NCBI RefSeq assembly: GCF_036321535.1 | Contig: NC_087447.1 | Span: 46,192,001-46,256,000, forward strand | Direction of reading: 5' to 3' | DNA from: Camelus dromedarius | Taxonomy: Eukaryota | Length of the DNA stretch: 64,000 nucleotides | Shown: positions 22,247 to 36,100 of the stretch, piece by piece | Numbering within the stretch: the first letter of the stretch is position 1 | How the letters are laid out: each line of letters opens with the position of its first letter | Made by a program: the position numbers and the translations under genes | Notes under the pieces: generated by a model | What the model was told of the DNA's origin: nothing | The model's database searches: none | Seen by the model: only the letters and a program-made list of their open reading frames with translations

Positions 22247-24650
22247 TATGGCCCAGGAAAAGAGTTAACGTGCTCCTGAGGCATACAATATATGAGAACT
22301 ATTGCCCATCCCTTGTTAAGGGAATATCAAACAGTTTCCTTTAAATAGACTGAGGGAAAAAACATTGCCAAATTCTCTAGCATGCCCCCAGGAAGCGGCT
22401 TTTACATTCTTGGTGGAGAGAAGTTTAGAGGTTATTTGGCATTCCCCACTCTGTGACTCTTACCTCAAGGCCGGCAAAACCACAAGGTAGTCAGTCAGCT
22501 ACCAAGTATAGTAATTCTAATTATGCATTAAGTGCCTGAGACCTGGCTTTCTCTGGGACTCCATTTACTAACCAGACTATACCACCTAGAGGAGAGCCCC
22601 TGCTCTAACAGGTGCTATTGACTTCTGGGTATCAGTGTCAACTCAGACTCCAGATAACTTTCAACATCTTGGTATTCCCTTGTTTCTGTATAAAATTGCC
22701 TGAGTAAATAGCCATAGTTACCTTTAAGGAAGGTTTCAGGGAATCAGTATGGTATATTAAAACATTGCTTTTCATAGTTCTTCCACTTAGGGATCCAGGT
22801 ACCTCTTTAGTTAATCAGTTCCAGATCCTCATATTGGCACAGATCTGGGAACTGAGCAAGAGACTATCCGTGACCATCCTCAGCCTTCTAATCTTCCATG
22901 ATCGCCTTGTTCTTATACATGGTAAACAGAGCTTTGCTGTTTGTCCATCTGTTTTGGCCCTTGGGACATAAAACCCTATTAACCATCTTTATGATTCTCT
23001 GTAGAGCGAGCCCCTTTGATTTTGCCACTTTTTAGAGTAATTTCAGCCTTCTGACTTGGGGTGACGTGCTTCACGTGGCCTCACTATGGCCCCACTGCTG
23101 TAACTACCTTTGCTCCCATCAACAGTGGTATGCAGAGGAGAGAGAGCCACCATTGGACTTCTTGGGGTGCTGGTGCCCATGACACTAGGCTTTTTATGAT
23201 GGCTTTGAGTGTCGTATCCTGTGTGTCCTCCCATTGAACATAATTCTCTGATGGTCTTCTGCCCTTATGTGATCTGTGTATGACAACATGACCATTCCCT
23301 CTTTCTTTCTCTGTCTTCCAGGACAACATAAGTATTTTCATTTTGCTGAGCATTAGCTATGATTGTTTTCAAACTTAAAAAATCCACCCTAGCAGTGAGT
23401 TTATGCAAACCCCTATGGTCCATGCAAGGGTAATAAATCCCACATCCCAAGAATGTACCCCCAAGCTGAATTTTTCCATTTTTTTCTTGATCAAGGGGTA
23501 TATAATGGAATCTATCCCCAAAATCCACTCCCAGGGGCATTCTTGTCTCCTGTCAGTGTGTGCTAATTCTGAGAACTCTCCTGCTGTACAGTTACTTTCC
23601 TCCCTTATCAGGCCCTGCCTGCCCCCAGCAAGGGTATGCTGTCTTCTAACCCTAGTTACCAGCCTGGCAGCCCCAAAAGAGGAAGTGAGAGCAGCTCCTG
23701 AGGACAACTGTTGCTTCTTACTTTCTTACTTGAGAAAGTGGGTCACCTCTGAAACCCATAAGCATCTAGGGTAACTACAGTGCCAACATACTCAGTGGCA
23801 GCCATCCAGATGTCCCCATGCCAAGTCTTGTTGTTCCAGGTTTTCCCAAATAGAGCCCTGACCTTAAAATGTTAGACTTTGGGCTAAGCACCCAAACATC
23901 TCCTGAGGTCTGTCTCAGTTATCTTCAGCCTGCTGCTCAGACTATGTGTGTCATTGCAAGAGAAGAGGGGCTTTTGTCTGTTACCAAACACACTCTGGTT
24001 CTCACTTATCCACTGGCTGCTTGTTAATAGCCCACAATCTCACTATCCTGCTGGACATCAGAGAAATTTAAAAACGAACTTCTGTCTGAGGGTTCCTCCT
24101 ACCCTACCATTGGCCTGAGTTTTTCAAATGCTTAAATCATCACCCCTGCAACAGTGTTTCCTTTTTCTGGGATGTTTTCTTAGTTCACCACCAGTGGAAT
24201 ATTTAGCAGATGAGCCACTATCTTGTGCAAGAAGCTACCTGTGCCCTGCCTACTGACAAGGATGACATTCTTTTTCATCTACCAGGCAGTTCACGAGCAA
24301 GTCCCAGATCTCCACCTTATCTTCTGCTTGCTGTAACCACCCCTGGTCCTTGAAGAAGCAGAGCACAAGATATGATTAAACATGTGAGATTTATTGGAGG
24401 ATACTTCTATGTGAGAAAATGCAGAGGGTATCAAAAGACACTGAGTGAGCCACCAGATCATAATGCTCATCTCTGTAAATGATTGAGGGGAGGATAAGGA
24501 GCAAACAGACTGTATTTCTAAATTCAGGTGTGAGCTGGTGAAGAAGACAAACTTTCCAGAGGGTGGAACAAAGTGACTTCTGAAAGGTTATAGCAGATGA
24601 CTGGAGCTCAGTTTGTGTCTGCCCAATGGTAGATCCATGCAAGGGCTTTC
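22247..24650 (-). mobile_element. MaLR/ERVL internal remnant plus MLT1-like LTR
   Basis: Paralogous to 45801-47630; LTR-like segment at about 24330-24650. Confidence 0.55.
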
Positions 24651-27600
24651 TTCCTTCTGTAAGGCTGAATATGAAGATACAAATTCCAGAATTTGAGAAG
24701 GTTATCTCTAAAAGGAGAAAGATAATCAGTGCAGAGTAGTAGCATGAAGCCTAGTTGAATATTTAGCCAAGGAAATGTTCTTACTCAGAATCAGCTGGCT
24801 AAAGGAGAGGCATGTATTTAGAAAGAAGGCATGGAAATAGTTTTGTATTTTCCTCAGGGTCTATAGGATCATACCAGAATGCGGTTCCCATGTATACTAG
24901 AGGAATGTCAAGAGAAGAATTATAAGAGAAACTTTTTCTTCTACATCTTGAGCCTAGTTGGGTTGAATATAGCAAAGTAGTCAGGAGTTTGGGCTTTGGA
25001 ACCTTCCAGATCTGATTTCAGATCTTGACAACAGGAGCCTGCGGCAAATTACTTTATCCCACTAGTTAAGTACAAATGACCTCATTCTACAAAACGCTTG
25101 AATAGCATGGCCTAGAGAAGTCATGAGGATTAAATGACAGGATACTATCTGAAGAACAGTAACACTAACTTTAGACAGTTAAGACTAACGTGTAAAATCA
25201 AAAATACACTCAGCAGACATTCCAAAGTTCCTTAAATTTTATCTCTCCAGGCAGTCATGGTGCTGGTAAGATAAACTAGTGTAAGCCGGCTGTAGTGACT
25301 TTATCCCACAGAATTCCTCTGCTTGAGCTGGGTTTCCTCTCCATCTCAAGGACTATGAAAACTAGAGGAAGTGTTGGGAGTAGCAGGAAAAAGGGAAGAT
25401 AAAAAGGCTGACTCATGGGGGCTGGGCAGGAAATAAGTGCACAGCTAACCAGCCAGTAACTGAAGTGACCAGGTGGGCTGAGGCTGGGGGCTAGGCTGGG
25501 GACAACCTGTCTTGCTTTTCTTACTCTGTGTGCTCTGTGTATTTTCCATCTTTCCCTCCAGATCTCTGTTCTATGTCCCCAGAAGTTGACATTTGAGCTA
25601 CTGCTTTTCTCTTCCCCTGATTTCTAGGTGGGCTCAGCCAGTGTGTGGCAGGGGAGACAAGAGGGTGAGACTAGAGACCAAGAACTTATTCCTCAGCTCC
25701 ACTTCTGCCAGGCACATTTGGCAGTGCTGCAGTTTTTTACCAAAAGGCGAGAACTCCTGAATAGTGACTCCACCTGCTGTACTTGTGTTGTGGCAGCTGC
25801 TGCTTGCTCACCTGGTAGGCCTGACTTAGGTGATGCTGCTCAGAGGTTAGTCCTGGGGCTCCACCATCCCTTGTCAGTTTCCTTAACTCTTCTCAGGCCT
25901 CAGATAGTCCTGAGACTTCTTCGGTGTATCAGACCAGAACCCAATAGTACACAGTCTTCATCAGTATCATCTCTTGAAAATCTGTCTGCTCCCTCAGCAG
26001 GACACAATCTGAAAGCTGACAACTTCACAAACTAGTTCCAAAGGCAAAAGAGCTATACTTTCATGGCAGTCAAGGATAAGTTATCTTTATCATAATTTCT
26101 CAGTATACAGTAAAAGGGGACTTGTCTACCTCACCCCTTCTTCCTATCCAACCGGCTTTCATAAATTGATGTTAAACTACACAAAATGTAATCATGTGAA
26201 GAAATTTTGTTTCCCTCCAGAAAAGGGAGTCCTTGAATGGAAAAGTCAGGACTTGCCAAGTGAATGTATTCTGTTCTGACACCTGTCCCCCTTAGTGTTT
26301 ATATTCCTCCCCCGTTAGTCACAAAGGTGTTTCAGTGTCTGTCTTCCCTTCCCATGCCATCTGAGTCCATCACTACTGAGTCACATTTGGGGCAGTGATT
26401 CCCCCTAGGTTTGGGCAGAGAAGTCATATTCTAGGAGGATCTCCCAGTCCAAAGGGCATAAGAGGCTGAAGTGTACACCTAGTGAATCACGGGCATAAGA
26501 CATGATTTCACTTGAAAGTAGGGTGGCCCCCTACTATGTCCCAGACCTTGATAAATCCAAGCCAGATGTCCTTAGTCACGTGAACTGGTTTCAAGCGCTG
26601 GAGAATGTGGATTTGATTTTTATCCCTATCCTTCCTCATACCTGACAACACACAGCTGTTTTCCTGATAGCTGTTCCTTCTCCATTTCATCTCCTCCTCC
26701 TCCCCATCTCTAGGATCGTATCATGAAACTCAAAAGTACCATAAGTGAAGGGATGTACTTTAGAGAGGTGGGCTGTGCCTTAAGGTTAACTTTGCTGACC
26801 TTTATCCTTTCCTTAAGATTCTAACACTCCTTAACTTCTGCCTCCCTAGTCAGAAAGTCACCCCTTACACCTCAACCACAACAGAAGGTGAGTGTAGCAT
26901 CCTGTGCAGGGATGCAGTGAGAATAAGCAATCACGGCGCCCAGCTCAGCTATATCCAAGTATATCTGCCACCACCAGCCACAACTTCTACCATTCTACCC
27001 CTGCTCACTACCTTCCACATGACTGAATTTTTCCATTTCCCAACTGTGTCGTGTTCTTTTGCCTCTGATAATTACGGATGTTCTTTTCTGGTGTTGGAAT
27101 AGCACGCTCTCATCTTCCTCACTCAGCTAACACATGCATGTGGCCCAGCTTCGGTATCATCCTAAAGGGGTCCACCCTTGTTCTGCATGCACTTCGCACT
27201 CTGAACTGCCCGCTTACCTGTCTGTTTGCCCAAACAGAAAGTAAGTCCCAGGAAAGTAGGGAGCACATCTGTCTCATTCACTAGCGTGATCCCTGTGTCA
27301 GCACAGTGCCTGGCTATGTTGACAGTAAAACAAAGTCCTCCTTAAGGGACACGGAGGTGCTTCTGAGGGGCCTGTGTTGGCGTTGGCGGATTAGAGGCCT
27401 CTTTAGCCTCCTTGGGTGTGGTTCTGGGCGGACTGCTCCCTTTTGAAGTCCCCTTACAAGAAACCTCATTCTCTCCATGCCTTGGAAACTTACACAGGAG
27501 CAAGATCTGAAGTGGGATGCCCAAGGGTCCCCCGTCTGTTCATTCTTACAGGTTGGGAACTTTTCCTGATGACCTCTGCTCCTTTTCTAGGTTCTCCATC

Positions 27601-28430
27601 TATAAGATGTTGTTACCTGAGCTGGATAGTGTCAGCAGGAGCCTGGGCTCTGTAAATACCTCTGGCACCTATTAGCATTCTGGTCAGGGGAATTTCTCCT
27701 GAACTCAACCTTTCCGCTTCCTCCAAGGAGAAGAAGAATATCAGGCTTTGTCCCAGAAGGATGGACACAGAATCTAAATCTAAATTACAACTATCCTTGG
27801 CATGTCAGGGTCGGTTCAGAGACGTCCAGGTCTATGGAGGACTGGATCCAAGTTCTGCCTTTGTTGTCTGGACTGGCTAGTTTCTGCAGCTCTTCTAAGG
27901 ACACCAAACAGAAATCAGGCCTTTCTAGAGGAGGTGTGAAGAATCATCTTGGGATTAGAGTTTATCCTGTTGATCTCCAAAGATGTTCCGTAACCCTACA
28001 GCACTTGGAGATGACAGTCCTGAATTAACTTCAAGACGGACAAATGCCATATCTTACTTTTAGGTAATAGCCAGACTTCCCCCTCACTCTGGTTTACATT
28101 TATGTCCCAACCTAAAATCCCATTTCTTAGAAAGGAGAAAAGTCAAAGGAGGTTCTCCCTTGGGTGTACTAAAGGGATGTTCTTGAGTTGGTGGGGCATT
28201 ACGCTTTAGGTCATGTGGCCGTTGAAACTCAGAATGCTTGAGTTTGCAAGCCAGCGAGGTGGCATGCCAACTGTGTGACGTAATCTTTACTTCAAGAGCA
28301 AAGTGGGAATAACACCTCTCTGTGGTAACTCTCCTGAGATGCTGTATATAAAGGGGCTAGTAAGGAAACAAACACGCCATGTTCTCAAACAGCACTGTTA
28401 TTAACATCACTGCTGTTTTTGTCTCTGGGA

Positions 28431-28466
28431 GGAAGGCAGCTATGCTCGCCACTATACAACCGATGC
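28431..28466 (-). pseudogene. Tailless retrocopy of the 5' half of tRNA-Gly(TCC)
   Basis: Minus strand GCATCGGTTGTATAGTGGCGAGCATAGCTGCCTTCC versus tRNA-Gly-TCC GCGTTGGTGGTATAGTGGTGAGCATAGCTGCCTTCC; ends at the anticodon; direct repeat tgtctctgggagg at 28420-28432 and 28471-28483. Confidence 0.88.
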
Positions 28467-28924
28467 CTCCTGTCTCTGGGAGGGATTAAGCCTGGGTGAG
28501 ATCCTCAATTGTCTCCTTCAGACCAGGAGCCAAGATAACAAGGCAGAGGCTAATGAAGTAGAATCAATACGGAAAGAAACTAATTCTTACTCCTATTCCC
28601 TTTTCAGAGGATCCTACTTCTCTGGCACCTCAGGAAAAGCTAGGAACTTCTAGAAGCTTGCTACCTGCTCCCCATACTTAAGCAGTTTTACACAGAATGT
28701 AGAGTTTATAGTTGCTGCAGTATACAGGGTTATTTTTCTGTGCCTGTGTACGTTTTATTCCATCAGTCCAGTTAAGAGTAGGAATGTCATTCCACACAGA
28801 TTCACAGCTAGCTTTGGAAACCTGGTTTGGGAATCACCTCACCCAGTTGGTGAACTCTGCCCTTAGAGTTTAAATGTTTTTTTGTACCTAGATCTCTTGG
28901 ATGATATTTAAAAATAAGAATTCA

Positions 28925-31530
28925 GAGACTGGTAGCCAGGATGGTGGAGTACAGGTTGCTGGAGCTCACCTCCTCTCTCACCAAAATCACAACTACTGCA
29001 GTACAATTGATAAAAAGACTGGAAACTACTGGAAACTACCAGAAAAGATCTTCTATAGATAAAAACTTAAACCATGACAAGACTGGCAGGCAGGGTGGAC
29101 TTATGGTGCAATCAGGTCCCACACCCCCCGTGTGGGCGACCCACACACTGGACAATACTTATATTGCAGTGGCTCTCATGGGAATGAGATCTGAGTTCCA
29201 CATCAGGCTCCCCAGCTCGGGGGCCTGGCACCAGAATAGGAGCCCCCGGAGTGTGAGACTTTGAAGGCCAGAAGGGCTTGATTACAGGGGCTCCGTGGGA
29301 CTGGGCGAAACAGACTTTATGCTTGAAGGTCACACACAAACATCTCAAGCTCACTGGGACCAAAGGCAAAAACAGTAATTTCATAGGAGCCTGGGCTAGA
29401 CCTACGTGCTAGTCTTGGGTCTCCTGGGGAGGCATGGGGCAGCTGTGACTCACCCTGGAGACAGAGACAAGGTGGCAGATATTCAGGGTGTTCATCTGAA
29501 TGAACTCTCCTGAGGGGCTGACATCTTGCTTGGACATTAGCACTTGGCCCCACCCAGCAGCCTTTAGGCTCCAGTGCTGGGACGCCTCAGGCCCAACAAC
29601 AAGCGAGGTGGTGGCATATCCCTACTCATCAGCAGACAGACTGCCTGAGGGATCCCTGACCCCACAATGGCCTCTATACATGCCCCTACACATGGCCCTG
29701 CCCACCAGAGGGCCAAGACCCAGCTCCACCCACCAGTGGGCAGGCACCAGCCCCTCCTGCCAGGAAGCCTGCACTGCCCTCTAGACCAGCCTTACCCACC
29801 AGGGGATAGACATCAGAAGCTAGAAAACCTTGATCTTTCAACCTGCAAAACAAGTCCAGAGACACAGGCCGGAATGTACCCTGGGGCCAGGTGGCTACAG
29901 GCCCTTGGGTGATGGGAGTGGGGCACTGCTGGGATGCATAGGGTATCTCCTACAGAGGGCCACTTCTCCGTGGTGGAGAAATATGTGTCCTAAAAATAAA
30001 ATAAAAATAAAAATAGAAGTGTATACAAACAAAATGAGGCAGTAGAGGAATACTTTCCAAAGAAACAAGACACAACCCCAGGAGAACAACTGAGTGATGT
30101 GGAGGTAGGCAATCTACTCAAGAAAGTTCAGAGTTATGGCTCTAAGGATGATCAAAGATCTCAGGAGGAGAATGGGTGAATGGTGAGAAGATAGACGTTG
30201 TTAGCAAAGATATAGAAAAAATGAACAACCAGAGATGAATACAATAACTGAAATGAAAAATACACTAGAAGGAACCAATAGCAGACTAAATGAGGCAGAA
30301 AAACAAATCAGTGGGCTGGAAGACAGTAGTGGAAATTGCTGCCACAGAACAGAAAAGATAATAATAAAAAAAGGCAGTCTGAGACCTCTGGGACCATGGA
30401 AAGCACACTAACATTTGCATTATAGGGGTCTCAGAAGTAGAAGAAAGAGGAAAAGTTCCTAAGAAAATACTTGAGGAGATAATAGCTGAAAAATTCCCTA
30501 ACCTGAGGAAGGAAACAGTCACCCAAGTCCAGGAAGCAGAGAGTCCTATACAGGTTTGATCCAAGAGGAACACACAAAGACACAAAATTAAAATATCAGA
30601 AATTAAAGATAAAGGGAGAGCATTAAAAGCATCAAGGGAAAAACAACAGACATACAAGGGAACTCCCATAAGACTATCAGCTTGTCTCTCAGCAGCAACT
30701 CTTCAGGCCAGAAGGGAGTCACAGGATATATTTTAAAAGATGAAAGGGGAAAGTATGCAACCAAGAATACTCTATTCAGCAAGGATCTAGTTTGGATTTG
30801 ATGGAGAAATCAAGATTTACAGACAAGCAAAAGCTAAAAGAATTCACCACCAAACCAGCTTTACAATAAATGCTAAAGGAAATTCTCTAGGCTGAAAAGC
30901 AAAGGCCACAACTTAGAAATAAGAAAAACACAAAATGGAAAATTGGTAAAAACAAACATACATAAAGGTAGGAAATCATTCTTGCACAAATTAGTATGAA
31001 GGGTAAAAGATAACAGTAGTAAAAATCATCTGTATCCACAATAAGTTGAGATACACAAAACAAATGTAAAATGTGATGTCAAAAACAATCAAGAGGAGAA
31101 CAACAATGCAGGGTAGTTAAAATAGGTTTGAAGATAAGAACAGGAGCTTAAAGCAATCACATGTATACAGAATGTTATACCAAAACCATATGGTAACTGC
31201 AAACCAAAAATCGACAATAGAAAACAAAAGAAAGGAAGAAAATAGACCTAAAATAACCCAAAACCATTGACAAAAATGCAATGAGAACATGTATATGGAA
31301 AATTACCTTAAATGTAAATGGACTAAATGCTCCAACCAAAAGACAGACTGGTTGAGAAAGAGAGAGAAAATACAATATGCTATCACTTATGTGGAATCTG
31401 AAAAAGGACACTAATGAACTTATCTACAAAACAGAAGTGGACTCACAGATAAAGTAAACACACTTATGGTTACCAGGCGGAGGGCCGAGACCCAGCCCCA
31501 CCCACCAGTGGGCAGGCGCCAGCCCCTCTT
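28925..31530 (+). mobile_element. Old L1 with 5'UTR and degenerate ORF1, with nearly all of ORF2 missing
   Basis: ORF1 motifs (gaaaaattccctaacctg, cccataagactatcagc, gcaaccaagaatactcta); ORF2 start ttaaatgtaaatggactaaatgctcca (LNVNGLNAP) joined directly to the ORF2 end and 3'UTR. Confidence 0.85.
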
Positions 31531-32439
31531 GGTCATTCATAAATAGGGACGCTAATGCGCAGTATAGGTAAAGCATCTTGACAAACCCTGACATGTAAGT
31601 GGTAGAGCCAGGATTTGGGGTCAAATCTGAGCTCATCCTTGTTTGAGTGATGTGGTATACTGGTGGTTAAGATCTTAGACATAAGCCCACAGCTGCCTGA
31701 TTCTAACTGCCAGTACTGACACTAGACGTGTTCTGGACCAAGTTACCCCTATACATGAAGTCTTTATCCTCATCTGAATTTGATTCCACCCCTGAGTTTC
31801 ACTCCTTTTATGAGGTTTCCCACCGTCTTTATTCCTGTATCTAGCTCCCTGCATTTATTATGGATTCCTTGTATATTTATCCTGCCCATAAACTTCCTCT
31901 GAGCCTGAACCCATCCGGTCCCTCGCCTCCCTGTAGCCACCGTACGTGGGGCATTGATAGGGTACACTTTCCTGTTTCCCAGCACTTGGGAGGATTCTGC
32001 TAGAGTCTGAAGCAATCGTGGGTCTACAGTTAGATGAGAATTCCCTTCAGATACATATCCTCTTAGATAAATCTATTTGGCTAGATACCACTTGCATATG
32101 TCAATTAATTTAGGTGTCAGAATGACTTGGCAAATGTGAGGCTGTATTATCCTAATGAACAAAGTTTCAATTCTTTCCATTGAATGAAATCCATATCCAA
32201 CATCACCAAGTATTCCTCTTGTCTAATATTCTCATCCCCTTATTGCCTTGGGCTGCTGTACTTTGCTTCCTTTGACTACCATGCTTTGAACCTTTTACTC
32301 TTAGTAAAACAATGATATGAGAGATGAGATATTATAATCCACACTTCTCAGATTATGGAGCAAGGCCCAGAGAGGCTATGTGCCTGAGGTTTACATAGAT
32401 AGTGTTGAAAAATCAAAAGTTTAGGGTTCATACACCCTA

Positions 32440-33180
32440 GATACAAACTCTACGTTTTTCATTCCTAGTTTGCTAAGAGTATTAAAATTCATGTTGTCAA
32501 ATTTTTCTACATCTATTGACATTTTTCTTTAGCCTGTGATAAATTACAGCATTTATTTTGAATGCTGAGTCAGCTGTGCACACCTGAAATAAACCGCACT
32601 TGGTTGCAGAGCATATTCATTGTTGGATTTGTTTTGCTGAGAACTGTTGCATCTGTGTTTGAGGTAATTACCAGTAAACCCACATGGGTTAGGTGCCTTG
32701 TTCTGGAAGGTTATTAATTGACTAGTTTTCTTTAATGAACATAATCACACTTATTTCTCTTTGTTAGAGAATGTTAGATTATCTTTCAAGGAATGGGTCC
32801 ATTTCATCCAGGTTATTAAATGCATGAGCATAGAGTTGTTGAAAATACTCATCTTAACGTTCATGGGAACATTAGTGATGGTCCCTCTTTCATTTCTGAG
32901 ATTAATTTGTAACTTTTAATCTGCTAAGAGATCTGTCACTTCTACTGATAGTATTTTTTTAAAAACAGCTTTTGGTTTCATTAACTTGGTCTATTGAGTT
33001 CCTGTTTTCAATTTTATTGATGTCCAATTGCTTTAGGCTTTAAAGTCACTCTTGGTCTAGTTTTCTAAACAAGAAGCTTAGGCTATGTTAGATCTTTTTT
33101 TCTAACATACACATTCAATGCTATACACTTTCCTCTAAGCACTGCTTTCACAGTAGCCCACACATTTTAATATTCTACTT
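32440..33180 (-). mobile_element. Old L1 ORF2 fragment
   Basis: attcctagtttgctaagagt...gctatacactttcctctaagcactgcttt. Confidence 0.75.
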
Positions 33181-33189
33181 GAGTCACGA

Positions 33190-36100
33190 TCTGTCAGCTG
33201 AATAAAAAATAAAGCACAACATCAGAGCTGTTTTGTTTGGGGGCTGCTAAAGTCTGTAGTCCCGAGTACTCTGAGGAACTGTTCTAAAGAGGTGGGGTCC
33301 AGGAGGTCAGAATACATGTGACTTTTATGGCATTGCGTGCAGTCAAGCATATTTCTCAGTAAAAGGTTGTTCCTCATCTCAAGGTTGCTGCAAGTCATGA
33401 GAAATAGATGTCTCCATTAAGGACTTTAGTGTTTTTCTAGGTATGAGAAGATATAGCAAATTGGGGTCCATAAAATTTTCTCCAAAAATATCTACGTGAA
33501 GACCTGTTCTGCCAGATATTTCCAGAGCACGTAGTGTCTCACTCCTGACCTCAGACCTAAACTTCTTTCAGGGAGTGTTAAAAGTCTGTGACTGCAGTGG
33601 CCAGTGACTTAATTCCTGTAGAACCAGATGGGAAGTGGCATTCTTTAGTTTGTAGTGCTCCCTCATGGTCATAGCTGTTACCATGGTTTGTGGGGCATTT
33701 CATGACCATTTTGTCTCATGTTGCTAGGAATGCTTATTCCTAGTTTAGGTGAAGATTTCATTGATAGGCCCCTCAGTGTGCTATTACTGGGACTCGGCCC
33801 TATTAACAGTTGCCTGAAGTCTCTGGACCACCTGTCTTCCTAGGCTGATGTGGTCTATGAAACAATTCCCTCTTGTTGCTTCTTCCCATTACACTGTTAC
33901 AGTCATTGATACTATATAGAACCACAAACCTGGTCAGCTGTTTCAGGTGACCTGGTTACTTTGTCAGAGGCCCAGTCAAACATTTGGTAATACAAGAAAT
34001 AGATCTTAAAAGATGGAGAATACAAATAACAGTTTATTAGTAAGAGTTTACACTGAGAACTCTCATTACATGTGGCCCAGTATATCTCCAGGTTGTCTGT
34101 TTTGTAATTGTCTTTAAGGGAAATGTTACACCGGCATTGTTCATAAGACGCCCAGCCCAATTTCTTAATGTTATTAGGCTGGTGGTCCTTAGTATGATTT
34201 AATTGTTCCCAGCATACAGGGGGACCTTAGACTTAAATGATTGGAGACTGTTGGTGTTAGCCATAAATTCCATCCCCAAAACAAGGGAGGTTTTATCTTT
34301 GAATTTTTTCTTTTTGCCCTGATTAAGCTTGAGTAACTTTGAAAATTATATTTATGGCCATGGTCAGAGCAAGTATGATTGCCCCAGTGGGGGAGTCCCA
34401 TCTAGTAATACCAATGCTAGCCCAAATGTAAGTTTAGCTTATTCTAGAATAAACTTCCTAAGGGCCATCCAATTAAAGCCTTGAAGTGCAGAAATCCACC
34501 AAGGTAACCCAGAAGTGCTGGATATCAGTAATTGACCATCAACCCAGCAGTTGGGTTAATTTTAAACTCTGCATACAATTGTGCCCAAGAAATACATTCA
34601 GCTTGTAAGCAAGGGTGTGAGCAATCAAAGTGACTAGTATGGAGCCCTGGTCCAGCATCCTGGGAGCTGTCTACGTCAGATGTTGTCTTTCTCTCATCCT
34701 GATCTGGTAGTTTTCCCTTTGAGAATTGTTTCAAGGTGACTTTGAGGTCAGCGGCCCTCCCTATAGGCCAGTACAGCACAGGAGCCCTAAGTGGGAAACA
34801 CTAATCCAAGAGTCAGTTCTTCTCAGTTGAGCTGTGCAAGAGCTAGTTAACAGTACTTGGTAAAGGCCCTTCCATTTTGATTGGAGATAGTCCTCTTATG
34901 CATACTGGAAAAGACATCATTGAATCTCCTGGTTGCAGGTCATGGGGCATCTGATCTTCATCCAAAGATTGATTCTGAAGCTTATCTCAGTAATCTAACT
35001 TCGTGTCTCTTTAATAATTTAAGCTCTTTCATTAAACTTTACAATAATAACAAGGAACTATCTGGGAATTGAGTCTTAGGCAGTCAGTACAGACTTCGGT
35101 TAACAACTAGAACTTAATAACCACTGAAACAATCTTTTTCTCTCAAATACCCTCATTTCTACCCAACAGAGCCAAATTGAGACAAGAACAATTTCTTTGC
35201 AATGTAATTCTTACTTCAGTAGCTGGGGCTGATGTGTGTAAGTGTAACTGACCATAAAGGCTCTTTTCAAATTACTGTTGTTGGAACCTCTGGAGGACTC
35301 CCAGATGGAACTTTTAAAAGACCTCCCAAGATCAGGAAAGCCGCGCCGAAGGCTTGTCACAGATTTCACCTGCTGTATCTGTAGATTTGTGTAAATTTCC
35401 CCCCAAGTACCTTGAGATTTCTGTGCCTGTTAGGAGGTGGCCTTCCTAATTTCCCTGATGAAGCTGCTGGGAACCTAAGTTTTTGATCTCTGGGAGAGAG
35501 GAGATAAATTAACCCTTTGGAAGCAGAATTGTACATTTACCAAACAGCTAAATCACAATCAACTTGAGCGGAAGTTTCCTTTCACCTAGAAAGCAGACTA
35601 GAAGCCAGGTGTTTCAGACAAGACCATAAATTATAACCATATTCACCAGTTCACTCAGTTCTATGTAACTAACCCTTTCAATCAACAGTTTTATGAAGCC
35701 ATCAGGTTTTCCATTAGAATTCTCTAATTTCTTACCCAGTTCAGAGGTATGATCTGTAAGTTACCAGAAACCTGTACTTGTCAAAAAGTTCTTGCTATGA
35801 ATCTTGAAGCCAAAGCACTTTTGCAAAAACATCACAGTAAAACTACGTGTCTATGCATGACCAAAGACTCAAGAAGGCACAGCTGAGACCTGATTGGTGC
35901 AATTATTGCTGTGACATACATTTAATAACTACAATTATGACAACATTTTTAACAGGAATATTCAAATTTTTAGGTATTCCATATACTTTGTAGACTATCT
36001 ATATTAATAACACTTACCCATATAACCTGAGATTTTCTACCTACTTGACAGTGCTTTCCATGTAATTTAACATACGAAATCAACCTGATCAGTTTACTAT

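Larger units (their letters stand above)
15717..24035 (+). repeat. Segmental duplication copy A (blocks 15717-20201 and 22247-24035)
   Basis: Colinear direct similarity to 38643-42703 and 45801-47630, including a shared MER21-like LTR, shared MaLR internal sequence and unique sequence. Confidence 0.92.

Noticed and set aside
23375..23774. ORFs repeated at 23.4 kb and 47.1 kb suggesting a duplicated gene
   Set aside because: They fall within MaLR internal sequence; the similarity reflects the homogenised patch, and the ORF ends differ.
26360..26700. Possible TRIM PRY-SPRY remnant
   Set aside because: Only a 3-4 residue resemblance (GGITAP); core SPRY motifs are absent.
28340..28355. TATA box (gtatataaag)
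   Set aside because: It appears to lie within a MIR tail.
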